DNA from: Ignicoccus pacificus DSM 13166
GTDB taxonomy: Archaea > Thermoproteota > Thermoprotei_A > Sulfolobales > Ignicoccaceae
DNA: 32,000 nucleotides
Assembly: GCA_025340205.1 (NCBI GenBank)
Contig: CP006868.1
Span: 30,001 to 62,000, forward strand
Reading direction: 5' to 3'
This document shows, one piece after another, positions 1-9,052 of the stretch (the stretch's first letter is position 1; every line of letters starts with the position of its first letter). The notes under the pieces were generated by a model. It saw nothing but the letters and a program-made list of their open reading frames with translations, made no database searches and was not told the DNA's origin. The position numbers were made by a program, and so were the translations under genes.

Positions 1-240
1 GTGGCGACTCCGGTACATCCTCACTTCCTAAGAGTGCTACAAGTGATCAAAGAGCTTGGTAACTACGAGGACATAAGGGAGATAGTTAACAGGACTAGAC
101 TTACTTTAGGAATAGTGAAGGATGCCATAGTAGTTGCCAGAGAGGCAAAGCTCCTCGGAAGGAAGGACTTGACGGGCGAAGGAGAGCTGTTGCTCAAGGC
201 AGTGGAGGAGATACAGAAGCACGTAGAGGAATGGGCCTAA
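1..240 (+). CDS. Small winged-helix-like protein, possibly 5'-truncated by the window edge
   Basis: Open from base 1 (GTG) to TAA; sequence HFLRVLQVIKEL...AREAKLLGRKDLTGEGELLLKAVEEI has the helix and LT-x-G-ExLL pattern of wHTH domains. Weak assignment. Confidence 0.35.
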   Translation: MATPVHPHFLRVLQVIKELGNYEDIREIVNRTRLTLGIVKDAIVVAREAKLLGRKDLTGEGELLLKAVEEIQKHVEEWA

Positions 241-332
241 GTTCTTTTTCTTACCCTCTGGTCAAGTGCTCATACCTCATGAAGCTAAATTAATACTCAT
301 CCTTGCGCTAGTTAAATGGAGGGAGAAGCTCT

Positions 333-1745
333 TTGGCAGTCCAAATAAGGGGTAAAGAGTACGAGTCCGTCAGCGAGATCAGAGGCCAACTCCTAGTAGT
401 GGAGGGAGTGAGCGACGCCGGATATGGAGAGCTGGTAGACATCGAAATGCCAACTGGCGAGAAGAGGAGAGGGATAGTCCTCGAAACGGGAAGAGGACTA
501 GCAGTCGTCCAGGTGTTCGAAGGAACCACCGGAATCGCTCCTACTGGAACCAAGGTACGCTTCACTGGAAGGATCTTGGAGATGGGAGTCTCTGAGGAGA
601 TGTTAGGAAGAATAATGAACGCTCTCGGCGAGCCAATAGATGGAGGTGCTCCTATCAAGGCCGTAGAGAAGAGGAACGTTTGGGGAGAACCTATCAACCC
701 TTACGCTAGGGAATACCCCGACGAGTTCATTCAGACTGGAATAAGTGCCATAGACGGAATGAACTCTCTAGTAAGAGGTCAGAAGCTACCCATATTCTCC
801 GGTTCCGGACTTCCACACAACAAGTTGGCAGCTCAAATCGCTAGGCAAGCGACCGTTAGGGGCAAGGAGGAGTCTTTCGCAGTAGTGTTCGCCGCTATAG
901 GTATCCAATACGACGAGCTTCTGTTCTTCAAGAAAGCCTTCGAGGAGACTGGAGCCATTAGCAGGACTGCCATGTTCGTAAGCCTAGCTAACGAGCCTGC
1001 AATGATGAAGATAGTTACTCCGAGAGCCGCCCTAACCCTAGCGGAGTACTTAGCCTTCAACAAGGATATGCACGTTCTGGTCATCATCACTGACATGACC
1101 AACTACTGTGAGGCGCTAAGAGAGATCTCCGCTAGCAGAGAAGAGGTGCCCGGAAGGCAAGGATACCCGGGCTACATGTACACCGACTTGGCCACCATAT
1201 ACGAGAGAGCTGGAAGGGTGAAGGGTTCCAACGGCTCCATCACCCAAATGCCAATTCTCACCATGCCTAACGATGACATTACTCACCCCATCCCCGACCT
1301 AACCGGCTACATCACTGAGGGACAAATAGTGCTCTCCAGAGACTTGCACAACAAGGGTATCTATCCGCCCATTAACGTATTGATGAGCCTCTCCAGGCTG
1401 ATGAGGGACGGTATAGGTAAGGGTAAGACCAGAGAGGACCACCCCGATGTGGCTAACCAGCTCTACGCAGCCTATGCTAAGGCTGTAGATCTAAGGGGAC
1501 TAGCGGCGATAGTCGGTGAGGAGAGCCTCAGCGAGGTGGACAGGAAGTACTTAAGGTTCGGTGAAGCCTTCGAGAACAAGTTCCTGAGGCAAGACTACTA
1601 TGAGAACAGGAGTATCGAAGAGACCTTGGACCTAGCTTGGGAGATATTAGCTATATTGCCAGAGGAAGAGCTTACCAAGATAAGGCCGGAGTACATCAAG
1701 AAGTACCACCCCAAGTACAGAGCGGCCAAGAGCTTGAAGAAGTGA
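333..1745 (+). CDS. atpB: A-type ATP synthase subunit B
   Basis: 470 aa with full-length similarity by motif ([69 protein letters not shown]); TTG start with GGAGGGA about 8 nt upstream. Confidence 0.97.
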   Translation: MAVQIRGKEYESVSEIRGQLLVVEGVSDAGYGELVDIEMPTGEKRRGIVLETGRGLAVVQVFEGTTGIAPTGTKVRFTGRILEMGVSEEMLGRIMNALGEPIDGGAPIKAVEKRNVWGEPINPYAREYPDEFIQTGISAIDGMNSLVRGQKLPIFSGSGLPHNKLAAQIARQATVRGKEESFAVVFAAIGIQYDELLFFKKAFEETGAISRTAMFVSLANEPAMMKIVTPRAALTLAEYLAFNKDMHVLVIITDMTNYCEALREISASREEVPGRQGYPGYMYTDLATIYERAGRVKGSNGSITQMPILTMPNDDITHPIPDLTGYITEGQIVLSRDLHNKGIYPPINVLMSLSRLMRDGIGKGKTREDHPDVANQLYAAYAKAVDLRGLAAIVGEESLSEVDRKYLRFGEAFENKFLRQDYYENRSIEETLDLAWEILAILPEEELTKIRPEYIKKYHPKYRAAKSLKK

Positions 1746-1755
1746 GGGACCTAAG

Positions 1756-2397
1756 ATGAGCTTTCCTGGAGCTAAGAGAGTTCTTCCCACCAAGATCAAT
1801 TTAATTAGGCTCAAGCAGAGGCAAAAGGTAGTTAAGAAGATACAGAAGCTACTTGAGGATAAGAGAGATATACTTCTAATTTATCTGAGGAAGGCGATAG
1901 CAGAGTATCAGAAGTACTATGACGAGTACGCCGAACACTTGAGCAAGGCTCAAGAGTACTTGACACTGGCCTCAGTTCAAGCCGGATCCTTAGAAACCAA
2001 GCAAGAAGTGGTCTACATCCCTGAGTCCCTAAGAGTGAAGATGTTCATGAGAAGTGCGTTTGGTGTGAAGATACCTGTCGTGGAATTCGAGCTTAGTGAT
2101 GTTAAGGCGAATATATCCTTAGCAAATAGCTCTCCTTACTTGGACGCTGCAGCTGAGGAGATGCAGAAGGCGTTGAAGGCCCTCACCAAGGCTGTTAATG
2201 CAGAGATGAGTATGTATAGGATAATGAATGAGTTAAGGAGAACTCAGAGGTTGATAAACGCAATAAAGTACTCAGTGTTACCAGAAATACAGAGGAATAT
2301 TAAGTTCGTGAAGCAAGTGCTAGATGACAGACAGAGGGAGGAATTTATGAGATTAAAATTGATCCGTAAGAAGCTACAGAGCAGGAGGGTGGCGTAA
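1756..2397 (+). CDS. atpD: A-type ATP synthase subunit D
   Basis: 213 aa, starts MSFPGAKRVLPTKINLIRLKQRQKVVKKIQKLLEDKRDILL and ends with coiled coil; directly downstream of atpB. Confidence 0.93.
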   Translation: MSFPGAKRVLPTKINLIRLKQRQKVVKKIQKLLEDKRDILLIYLRKAIAEYQKYYDEYAEHLSKAQEYLTLASVQAGSLETKQEVVYIPESLRVKMFMRSAFGVKIPVVEFELSDVKANISLANSSPYLDAAAEEMQKALKALTKAVNAEMSMYRIMNELRRTQRLINAIKYSVLPEIQRNIKFVKQVLDDRQREEFMRLKLIRKKLQSRRVA

Positions 2398-2399
2398 CC

Positions 2400-2573
2400 A
2401 TGAGCGCGGAGCTACCTACCAAGGAGGAACTTCTCAACGAGATAAGGACGAAGATCGAAGCTGAGTACAGTGCCATGAAGACCAAATTAGAGAAGAGGGC
2501 TCAAGAGATTAAGCAGAATGGAAAGAAGAAGGTCGATGAGGTAGTATCTAAGGTACATTTTGGTACCAAGTAA
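2400..2573 (+). CDS. Short charged coiled-coil protein, candidate ATP synthase peripheral-stalk (G/H-like) subunit
   Basis: Not in the supplied ORF track. ATG at 2400, TAA at 2571-2573; my translation MSAELPTKEELLNEIRTKIEAEYSAMKTKLEKRAQEIKQNGKKKVDEVVSKVHFGTK (57 aa); 2 nt after the atpD stop and between atpD and atpK. Confidence 0.65.
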   Translation: MSAELPTKEELLNEIRTKIEAEYSAMKTKLEKRAQEIKQNGKKKVDEVVSKVHFGTK

Positions 2574-2628
2574 GCGTTAGAAGTCCTTTTTATCTGGGTC
2601 AGTATCTCTCTCCCGGAGGTGCTAAGGC

Positions 2629-2961
2629 GTGAAGGGAAGCTTGATAACCAAGAAGGTTGCTAGAAGGCTAGTCCTATCCATGATATTCATCACCATGGTC
2701 ACCGCTGCTGTAGCCTTGGCTGCCGAACCAGCTGCTGCCGCCGGTATGGCCACCGGCCTTAAGGCAGTGGGTGCCGGACTGGCCCTGCTCGGTGGTACCG
2801 TCGGTGCCGGATACGCTCTCGGCACCACCGGTGCTGCCGGTATCGCCGTTATTAGTGAAAAGCCCGAGGAGTTCGGTAGAGTACTACTATTCATCGGTAT
2901 CGCCGAGACCCCGGCGATCTACGGAATCGCTATGGCAATAGTCATACTCTTCGCCATATAA
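2629..2961 (+). CDS. atpK: A-type ATP synthase subunit K (proteolipid c ring subunit)
   Basis: Two-TM hairpin with GLKAVGAGLALLGGTVGAGYALGTTGAAGIAVISEKPEEFGRVLLFIGIAETPAIYGIAMAIVILFAI; GTG start, GGAGGTG ending 7 nt upstream; N-terminal hydrophobic leader. Confidence 0.92.
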   Translation: MKGSLITKKVARRLVLSMIFITMVTAAVALAAEPAAAAGMATGLKAVGAGLALLGGTVGAGYALGTTGAAGIAVISEKPEEFGRVLLFIGIAETPAIYGIAMAIVILFAI

Positions 2962-2967
2962 CAAGGG

Positions 2968-2978
2968 TTTTTTATATA
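2968..2978 (+). promoter_or_regulatory. T-run/TATA-like element between atpK and hemL
   Basis: ttttttatata just after the atpK stop; could be an archaeal T-rich terminator and/or the TATA box for hemL. Composition only. Confidence 0.3.
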
Positions 2979-3033
2979 GTGAGATCGCTAACTTGATAGT
3001 CCCGCCCCTTTACCTAACCTCCGGTGGTCTATC

Positions 3034-4302
3034 CTGAAGAGTTCTAAGGAGCTATTTGAGATCGCTAAGGAACTATTCCCTGGAGGAGTGAACAGTCCCA
3101 TAAGGGCAGCCGTCAAACCCTACCCCTTCTATGTAAGATCTGCGGATGGTCCCTACCTTAGAACTGTTGAGGGAGAAGAGCTCATCGATTATGTTCTTGG
3201 TTATGGGCCTCTAATACTTGGTCATAGACATCCTCAAGTAAGAAAGGCTGTGGAAGAGCAACTCGAAAAGGATTGGCTCTATGGAACCCCTTATGAACTC
3301 GAGATAGAGCTAGCCAAGAAGATAATCTCACACTATCCTTCTATTGATATGATAAGGTTCGTTAACTCCGGAACTGAGGCGACTATGGCTGCTATAAGGC
3401 TGGCTAGAGGATATACTGGAAGAAAGAAGATCATCAAGTTCGATGGTTGCTATCACGGAGCCCATGATGCGGTACTCGTGAAGGCGGGAAGTGCAGTTTC
3501 CCATTATGGCTTACCTGGCTCCGCTGGTGTGCCAGAGGAGGTGAGTAAGCTAACGTTAGTGGTACCCTTTAACGACGTTGAGACCGTTGAGAAGGTAGCA
3601 AAGGAGAATCAAGACGATCTGGCCGCTATAATAGTTGAACCCGTCATGGGCAACGCTGGGGTAATACTACCTAAGGAAGGCTTCTTGAAAGAGCTAAGGA
3701 GGATAGCAGACGAAACCGGCGCCGTTCTAATCTTCGATGAAGTCATCACTGGTTATAGGCTTGGAATAGGAGGAGCGCAAGTAAGATTCAACGTCGTTCC
3801 AGACCTAACCACTCTCGGAAAGATCATAGGAGGAGGATTCCCAGTTGGAGCCCTTGGAGGCAAGAGGGAGATCATGGAGAAGCTCACTCCCACGGGTCCG
3901 GTGTTCAATGCCGGAACGTTCAACGCTCATCCGGTAACCATGGCGGCAGGTCTAGCAACGATAAAGGAATTGGAGAGAGGATATGTCTATGAGATAGCTA
4001 ACAAGGCCGCTGAGAGCATCGTTAAGGTATTGGAGCAGGAGGCAGTAAGTAAGTTCGGAGGCGTTGTAAACAGCATTGCGAGCATGTTCCAATGGTTCCC
4101 TAAAGCTGAGAAGGTCGAGAACTACGCCGACGCTCAGAAGGCCGACAAGAACCTCTCCTTGAGATTACACGAGGAGTTACTGAAGAGAGGAGTGTTCATT
4201 GCACCGAGTATGTTCGAGGCTTGGTTCACCTCTGCTGCGCACACGAAGGACGTAGTAGAGAGGACAATAGAGGCCATAACTGAGGCACTCAAGGTGCTTT
4301 GA
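3034..4302 (+). CDS. hemL: Glutamate-1-semialdehyde 2,1-aminomutase (proposed CTG start; ORF track start is 3088)
   Basis: NSPIRAAVKPYPFYV..., NSGTEATMAAIRLARGYTGRKKIIKFDGCYHGAHD, LIFDEVITGYRLGIGGAQ, LGKIIGGGFPVGALGG (PLP Lys). Frame upstream of the GTG at 3088 reads LKSSKELFEIAKELFPGGVNSPIRA, the conserved HemL N-terminus. Confidence 0.95.
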   Translation: MKSSKELFEIAKELFPGGVNSPIRAAVKPYPFYVRSADGPYLRTVEGEELIDYVLGYGPLILGHRHPQVRKAVEEQLEKDWLYGTPYELEIELAKKIISHYPSIDMIRFVNSGTEATMAAIRLARGYTGRKKIIKFDGCYHGAHDAVLVKAGSAVSHYGLPGSAGVPEEVSKLTLVVPFNDVETVEKVAKENQDDLAAIIVEPVMGNAGVILPKEGFLKELRRIADETGAVLIFDEVITGYRLGIGGAQVRFNVVPDLTTLGKIIGGGFPVGALGGKREIMEKLTPTGPVFNAGTFNAHPVTMAAGLATIKELERGYVYEIANKAAESIVKVLEQEAVSKFGGVVNSIASMFQWFPKAEKVENYADAQKADKNLSLRLHEELLKRGVFIAPSMFEAWFTSAAHTKDVVERTIEAITEALKVL

Positions 4303-5213
4303 AATTGAGGATAAGAATAGCGGCCAGGGGAAGCAAACTCAGTCTTAAACAAGTGGAGATGTTCAAAGAATACGTCATGAAGTACCTAGATGTATCTTTT
4401 GACTTACTAACCGTTAAGACGTCTGGCGACAAGTTCACATTACCCTTTGAGGAATTAGCTAAGAAAGGATACGTAGGCCTCTTCGAGAAAGAGGTGAACA
4501 AGGCCGTCTTAGAGGGAAGGGCTGATGTGGCAGTACATTCCCTCAAGGACTTGAGCACGTCGATGCATCCCGACTTGGAGATAGTCCTTTTCTTACCGAG
4601 AGATCCGCCTTACGACGTCTTGGTGTCTAGAAACGGAAAAGGACTAATGGAACTAGAACCGGGATCCATAGTAGGTACCTCTTCAGCTAGGAGAAAAGCA
4701 TTAATTATGAACCTTAGGCCTGACCTTAAGGTTAAGGACTTGAGAGGTAACGTGGATACGAGGTTAAGGAAGCTTAGGGAGGGCCAATATGATGCAATAA
4801 TACTAGCTGAAGCAGGCCTAGTTCGACTTGGAATGCAAGAGAGCTACGAAAGGCTCGATTGGAGATATTTTCCTCCTTCTCCCGGCCAAGGTATCGTCGT
4901 AGCAGTAGCTAAGAAGGACACAGAGATCGCAAGTATGTTGAAGGAAATAAGCGATAAGAACTCTGAAATAATGGCCCGCGCTGAGAGGGCCGTGTTAAGG
5001 GCCTTTGGCGGAGGTTGTCACGTGCCCTTAGGAGCAATCTCATTCCTAAGAGATGGTATCTTAAGGATTAGAGCCACGACGCTAACTCTGAAAGGCGAAT
5101 ATAGAGTTGACTTAGAAGCTCTGACGGAGCCATCAGATGCTGAGAAGATCGGATATAAGCTAGGTGAAGAGTTGAAATCGGCGATGAGGTCTACGGTGGG
5201 TTCCGAGCAGTGA
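4299..5213 (+). CDS. hemC: Porphobilinogen deaminase (hydroxymethylbilane synthase)
   Basis: RIAARGSKLSLKQVEMFKEYV, AVHSLKDLSTSM, GTSSARRKALIMNLRPDLKVKDLRGNVDTRLRKL, GGGCHVPLGA; overlaps hemL by TTGA. Confidence 0.96.
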   Translation: MKLRIRIAARGSKLSLKQVEMFKEYVMKYLDVSFDLLTVKTSGDKFTLPFEELAKKGYVGLFEKEVNKAVLEGRADVAVHSLKDLSTSMHPDLEIVLFLPRDPPYDVLVSRNGKGLMELEPGSIVGTSSARRKALIMNLRPDLKVKDLRGNVDTRLRKLREGQYDAIILAEAGLVRLGMQESYERLDWRYFPPSPGQGIVVAVAKKDTEIASMLKEISDKNSEIMARAERAVLRAFGGGCHVPLGAISFLRDGILRIRATTLTLKGEYRVDLEALTEPSDAEKIGYKLGEELKSAMRSTVGSEQ

Positions 5214-5282
5214 GGACGTTCGCTAGGGCCGAGCCCTCGGTAAGGCCAATCACAGTCATCGAATCCTCCTGACGTGCATTCC

Positions 5283-5855
5283 TCATTGGGAGCTCATGAA
5301 CGCTACTAGGGGTAGTAGTCTCCAGAACTCCTCCTTTAGTCCTACGAGGGCCTCTTTTCCGTTTATTATTACTCCTCCCTTTGATCCACAAGATGCTATC
5401 TCTAATCCTTTACCTTCGAAACCCTCGCATTTAATGCCCTCTTCCAAGGCTATTGCTGAAGGGTGCCATCCTCTCTTTAATGAGAGGAAGCTTTCAATGC
5501 CATTCATCGAAACGATTTCAGCAACTCCTTCTCCTATCGAGAACCCAGCTCTTTTAACTATATCAAGCATTGTGTAGGGAACCTCTTTAATCTTCCAGCT
5601 TATCCTAGATCCCTTGAACCAAAAGTATTCTGTTATGATACAAGAATATTCTAATAGTTCATCGTTTTCTCCATATGTTAATAAGGAGCCCGGGTTCAAG
5701 CTCAATAATATCTTCTCGTTTCTACATACAGCTTTCACCACTACGGGTTCGTAAAGTAAGAAGGTGTCCGCTCCAGAGACTAGTGCATAGTATTTCTCTT
5801 TAAGTTGAAAGAACGCTGAGGAAGGGAGAGTTAGGAGGCCCGGCTCGCCCTTCAA
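5283..5855 (-). CDS. Conserved-unknown protein (start revised to TTG at 5855)
   Basis: 190 aa from TTG that overlaps the TGA of the upstream ORF (TTGA) with GGTGGAGG upstream; ORF track extends to 5912 but that overlaps the neighbouring gene by 61 nt. Confidence 0.6.
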   Translation of the reverse strand: MKGEPGLLTLPSSAFFQLKEKYYALVSGADTFLLYEPVVVKAVCRNEKILLSLNPGSLLTYGENDELLEYSCIITEYFWFKGSRISWKIKEVPYTMLDIVKRAGFSIGEGVAEIVSMNGIESFLSLKRGWHPSAIALEEGIKCEGFEGKGLEIASCGSKGGVIINGKEALVGLKEEFWRLLPLVAFMSSQ

Positions 5856-6208
5856 AGCTCCTCCACCTCGATGAAGAAAGGAACTTCTTGAAGGTCTATT
5901 ATAGGCACGCACACGGCGTTGCTGATAACGTGATCTGAATAAGATAGCTCTTCTCCTTTCTCCCCCTTCTTTAATATTAAGTACTTGCCTTTGTCCTCAC
6001 AAGTAGTATAGTAGAACAGCGGTATACCGTAGTACTTGTAATAGTCTTTGAGAACGCTTAGTACTCCACAGAAATGCTTACCCTTTGCTTCGAAACGGAG
6101 TATATAAGCGCCCTTACCTAGAACCAAGTACGTGGCGACAAGTCTAGCCAGACTCTCTACGTCCTTTACCTTAATCAACTTAGCTCTTTTCAGTTCCTCC
6201 CTCTCCAA
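5852..6208 (-). CDS. Hypothetical protein, 118 aa
   Basis: Intact ORF in a compact minus-strand cluster; MEREELKRAKLIKVKDVESLARLVATYLVLGKGAYILRFEAKGKHFCGVL...; no family recognised. Confidence 0.6.
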   Translation of the reverse strand: MEREELKRAKLIKVKDVESLARLVATYLVLGKGAYILRFEAKGKHFCGVLSVLKDYYKYYGIPLFYYTTCEDKGKYLILKKGEKGEELSYSDHVISNAVCVPIIDLQEVPFFIEVEEL

Positions 6209-6229
6209 ACTCCACTCCGCTAGGGAGCT

Positions 6230-6634
6230 CTATGGAACTATTTCATAAATGCATCCCTTTGCATCGCACTTGATCAGCGCTCTGAGGTTGCATGGACAGG
6301 TTAAGTAGAGGGTGACGCTGTTTTCGACCCTTTTCACGCCCTTCGGCTTGCAGCCGTGCTTCTCCAAGGCATCCAACATATCTCCAACTCTCACCTTGGT
6401 CTTTCTTGGAACAGCATCTGCTAAGATCTTCTCGTTGGGTACACAGAGCTCTGCTTCAAGCTCCTCAGGAGTTAACCTATGGTATCTGAAGTACGCTTGC
6501 GGCTTACACTTTGGTAAATTGGGATCGTCTATCCTTACCCTGTACTTCAAACAGAACTTAGCTATATCAGAATAGTAAATACATTCTAGGCAATTAGAAG
6601 CATCCTTCGGAAGCTTATAGCGCGGAGTTTTCAC
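6230..6634 (-). CDS. Cys-rich hypothetical protein, 134 aa
   Basis: GTG start; Cys clusters CLECIYYSDIAKFCLKY...KCKPQ and CPCNLRALIKCDAKGCIYE suggest metal binding. Confidence 0.6.
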   Translation of the reverse strand: MKTPRYKLPKDASNCLECIYYSDIAKFCLKYRVRIDDPNLPKCKPQAYFRYHRLTPEELEAELCVPNEKILADAVPRKTKVRVGDMLDALEKHGCKPKGVKRVENSVTLYLTCPCNLRALIKCDAKGCIYEIVP

Positions 6635-6673
6635 TACTATACCCCTTTCGTAGAACTCAAGAGCGGTGAAAAC

Positions 6674-7327
6674 TTGAGCGCCCCGATAATCTCCCTTGAC
6701 GAACTAACACAAGAGGACGGTGAGTTCTTGGTGAGAACTGCCAGGGAGGCCATAGAGACCTATCTAACTACAGGAAAGATCGTAGTTCCTGAAGCTCCGG
6801 AAAAGCTGAAGAAGCTGGGAGCGGCCTTCGTCACCCTCTTAACGTATCCTGAGAGACAGCTGAGGGGATGTATAGGTTACGTCGAACCAATAAAGCCTCT
6901 GATAGAGACGGTCGTGGACGTAGCTATAGCGGCGGCGACCAATGATCCCCGATTCTACCCCGTCTCGCCAGAGGAAATGGATAACATAGTTGTAGAGGTG
7001 AGCGTGCTGGGCGATCACCAACTCTTCAGACCGGCGAAGACTGTTCTCCCCTATATCGAGATCGGAAAGACGGGATTGATCATCAGAAGAGGACCGTTTT
7101 CCGGAGTACTTCTTCCCGAGGTGCCGGTAGAGTACTGCTGGGATCCGGAGACCTTCATTGCCGAAACTTGCGTCAAGGCCGGTCTAGCTCCCGACTGCTG
7201 GCTCTATGATGATACTGAGGTGATTTTGTATAGAGGAAGAACTTGGACCGAGGTAGAACCTAGAGGTAGGGTGATCGAGAGAGATCTGGTAAAGGAATAC
7301 GAGGAGAGATGCCTCAAAGGAGGTTAA
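6674..7327 (+). CDS. AMMECR1 domain protein
   Basis: AAFVTLLTYPERQLRGCIGYVEPIKPLIETVVDVAIAAATNDPRFYPVSPEEMDNIVVEVSVL, GLLP-like region and WDPETFIAETCVKAGLAPDCW are diagnostic of the AMMECR1 family; TTG start, GGTG upstream. Confidence 0.92.
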   Translation: MSAPIISLDELTQEDGEFLVRTAREAIETYLTTGKIVVPEAPEKLKKLGAAFVTLLTYPERQLRGCIGYVEPIKPLIETVVDVAIAAATNDPRFYPVSPEEMDNIVVEVSVLGDHQLFRPAKTVLPYIEIGKTGLIIRRGPFSGVLLPEVPVEYCWDPETFIAETCVKAGLAPDCWLYDDTEVILYRGRTWTEVEPRGRVIERDLVKEYEERCLKGG

Positions 7328-7364
7328 AAATAGCCTTTCACGGTCCTCGTGGCGGTGATCGGAA

Positions 7365-7592
7365 GTGCCGGTTCTATTGCAGAGCTTTGAGGAGCTAGAC
7401 AAGAGGGTGCTCTCACAACCAAACAAGAACGTGGTTAGATGTAAGGTAACTAAGGGAGCCGAGAAGAGCAAGGTAAAAGTGATAACTTCCAGAAGGATGT
7501 ATGTGATAATAATCCCTACCGAGAAGCTCGATGAAGTGTTAAACGCCATCAAGGAAAAAACTGGCTGTGAGAACGTGGAGATATACGAGTAA
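7365..7592 (+). CDS. Candidate large-subunit ribosomal protein eL38-like
   Basis: 75 aa; SFEEL...VVRCKVTKGAEKSKVKVITSRRMYVIIIPTEKLDEVLNAIKEKTGCENVEI resembles the eL38 pattern (VKLKLRT-RYLYTL...EEVLKKI); GTG start with GGCGGTGATC 5 nt upstream. Confidence 0.45.
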   Translation: MPVLLQSFEELDKRVLSQPNKNVVRCKVTKGAEKSKVKVITSRRMYVIIIPTEKLDEVLNAIKEKTGCENVEIYE

Positions 7593-7594
7593 CT

Positions 7595-8884
7595 TCAAAC
7601 TTCTATTTTTAGAGTTTCCAAGGGTCTCGGTACATGTGCTTCTATTCCCGTCTCTTCTTCGACCCTCTTTGCGAACTCTAGTGCTGTGCTCTCTTCTGAG
7701 TGAACGACTATTACCTTCTTCAAGTTTTTGATAGATTTTATTATTTGAATTAACTCGCTTGCTCCGGCATGACTCGAGAAGTCAAACCACTCCAATCTGG
7801 GCTTGAATGGCTCTGAGTCGGGTTCTAACTTACCCTCTTCTATGAGCCTTCTACCCGGGGTTCCCGGCGCTTGGAACGACACCAAGAACGTAGCCGCTCT
7901 GGGGTTTCCTTGGAGCTTCCTAGCATAATATAACGAGGGTCCTCCCCTAAGCATTCCGGCCGATGCGATGATTACGCCCCTTCTCCTCCACGCGTTCTTT
8001 CGGTCATTCCAACCTCTGACTATTCTAGCGTTCTCATAGGCCCTTTCCAACAGCTCTGGGTTTCTGAGAGCGAACTTGTTTTCGCTCTGAAGAAGTAGCT
8101 CTGTAACACCTCTTACCATTCCATCTAGGTATATAGGAGCATCGATACCTCTCTCTTCGAGTATTGAGAGGACCTCTTGACTCCTCCCTACGCTGAAAGC
8201 TGGAATTAACACGGTCCCTCCTTGATCTAGAACCTCTTCTACATCGCTAACGAATAGAGCTTCGACATCTTCTCTGCGGGGATGGTCGGCCTTTCCGTAA
8301 GTTGCTTCGATAATCAATACGTCTGCCTCCAAGCCTTCTAAGTCAGCACCTCTGAGCAGCTTAGTCTCGCTCACCCTTACGTCTCCCGTGTATAACACTT
8401 TGACTCCATCAGGCATTTCCACCTTTACCATTGCACTTCCCGGGATATGACCTGCGTCGTAAAAGGTCAGAGCGGCCTCACCAGCCTCAGGTATCGAGAG
8501 CTCCCTGCGATACCTCACCAACCTCGTGCTGGAAAGAGCCTCCTTGACTTCGGTGTGACCGAAGGGTACGTAGTATCCAGAGAGCTTCAAGAAGTCGTTT
8601 AACAATATCCCCATTAGATCTCTAGTCACCCTAGTCAAGTATAATGGTCTTTTGATAGCGCTGTAGAGTAATGGTATCGCTCCGCTGTGATCTAGGTGGG
8701 CATGGCTCAGGATTATCGCATCTATGGATTTCGGCGATACGTGTTCGGGAAGTATAGGTCTGTCCTCTTCATCGAAGCTCACTCCGTAATCTAACAATAG
8801 CTTCGCCTTACTGTCCTTTACCAAGTAGGCAGCTCTACCTACCTCTCTCGCACCTCCCAAAAACGTTATCTCAACCGATGCCAT
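7595..8884 (-). CDS. Metallo-beta-lactamase/beta-CASP family ribonuclease (CPSF-like)
   Basis: SHAHLDHSGAIPLL, YTGDVRVSETKLLRGA, VLIEATYG-like, VLIPAFSVGRSQEVLSIL, SAGMLRGGPSLYYARKL, SSHAGASELIQII, VVHSEE motifs. Confidence 0.9.
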   Translation of the reverse strand: MASVEITFLGGAREVGRAAYLVKDSKAKLLLDYGVSFDEEDRPILPEHVSPKSIDAIILSHAHLDHSGAIPLLYSAIKRPLYLTRVTRDLMGILLNDFLKLSGYYVPFGHTEVKEALSSTRLVRYRRELSIPEAGEAALTFYDAGHIPGSAMVKVEMPDGVKVLYTGDVRVSETKLLRGADLEGLEADVLIIEATYGKADHPRREDVEALFVSDVEEVLDQGGTVLIPAFSVGRSQEVLSILEERGIDAPIYLDGMVRGVTELLLQSENKFALRNPELLERAYENARIVRGWNDRKNAWRRRGVIIASAGMLRGGPSLYYARKLQGNPRAATFLVSFQAPGTPGRRLIEEGKLEPDSEPFKPRLEWFDFSSHAGASELIQIIKSIKNLKKVIVVHSEESTALEFAKRVEEETGIEAHVPRPLETLKIEV

Positions 8885-9052
8885 GATTACACACCACCAT
8901 GCTTATCTATACCCGCTCAGGGTGTCAGAAAGGAGCAATATAAGGGGAGACGCTAATCGCTATACTCTCCTGCACCTCTAAATATGCTAAAGATCCGAAC
9001 GCCCTATCTCCATTAAATCCTCCCACTCCCACTTACCCTCGGTGTATTCAAG

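Noticed and set aside
1-240. Interpretation of the first ORF as the C-terminus of ATP synthase subunit A
   Set aside because: Its sequence resembles a winged helix and does not show recognisable AtpA C-terminal motifs; position next to atpB alone is not enough.
308-697. Antisense ORF within atpB (129 aa), and similar shadow ORFs at 833-1102, 9013-9402, 16956-17549, 22934-23329, 24151-24564, 30705-30947
   Set aside because: All are opposite-strand or out-of-frame shadows of strongly supported genes, with low-complexity Ser/Leu/Thr-rich translations.
3088-3090. GTG 3088 as the true hemL start
   Set aside because: It would remove the conserved SKELFEIAKELFPGG segment; retained only as an alternative pending N-terminal data.
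5856-5912. N-terminal extension MRAYNRPSRSSFLHRGGGA of the minus-strand ORF
   Set aside because: Lies inside the upstream gene; TTG 5855 with GGTGGAGG and a TTGA overlap is more plausible.
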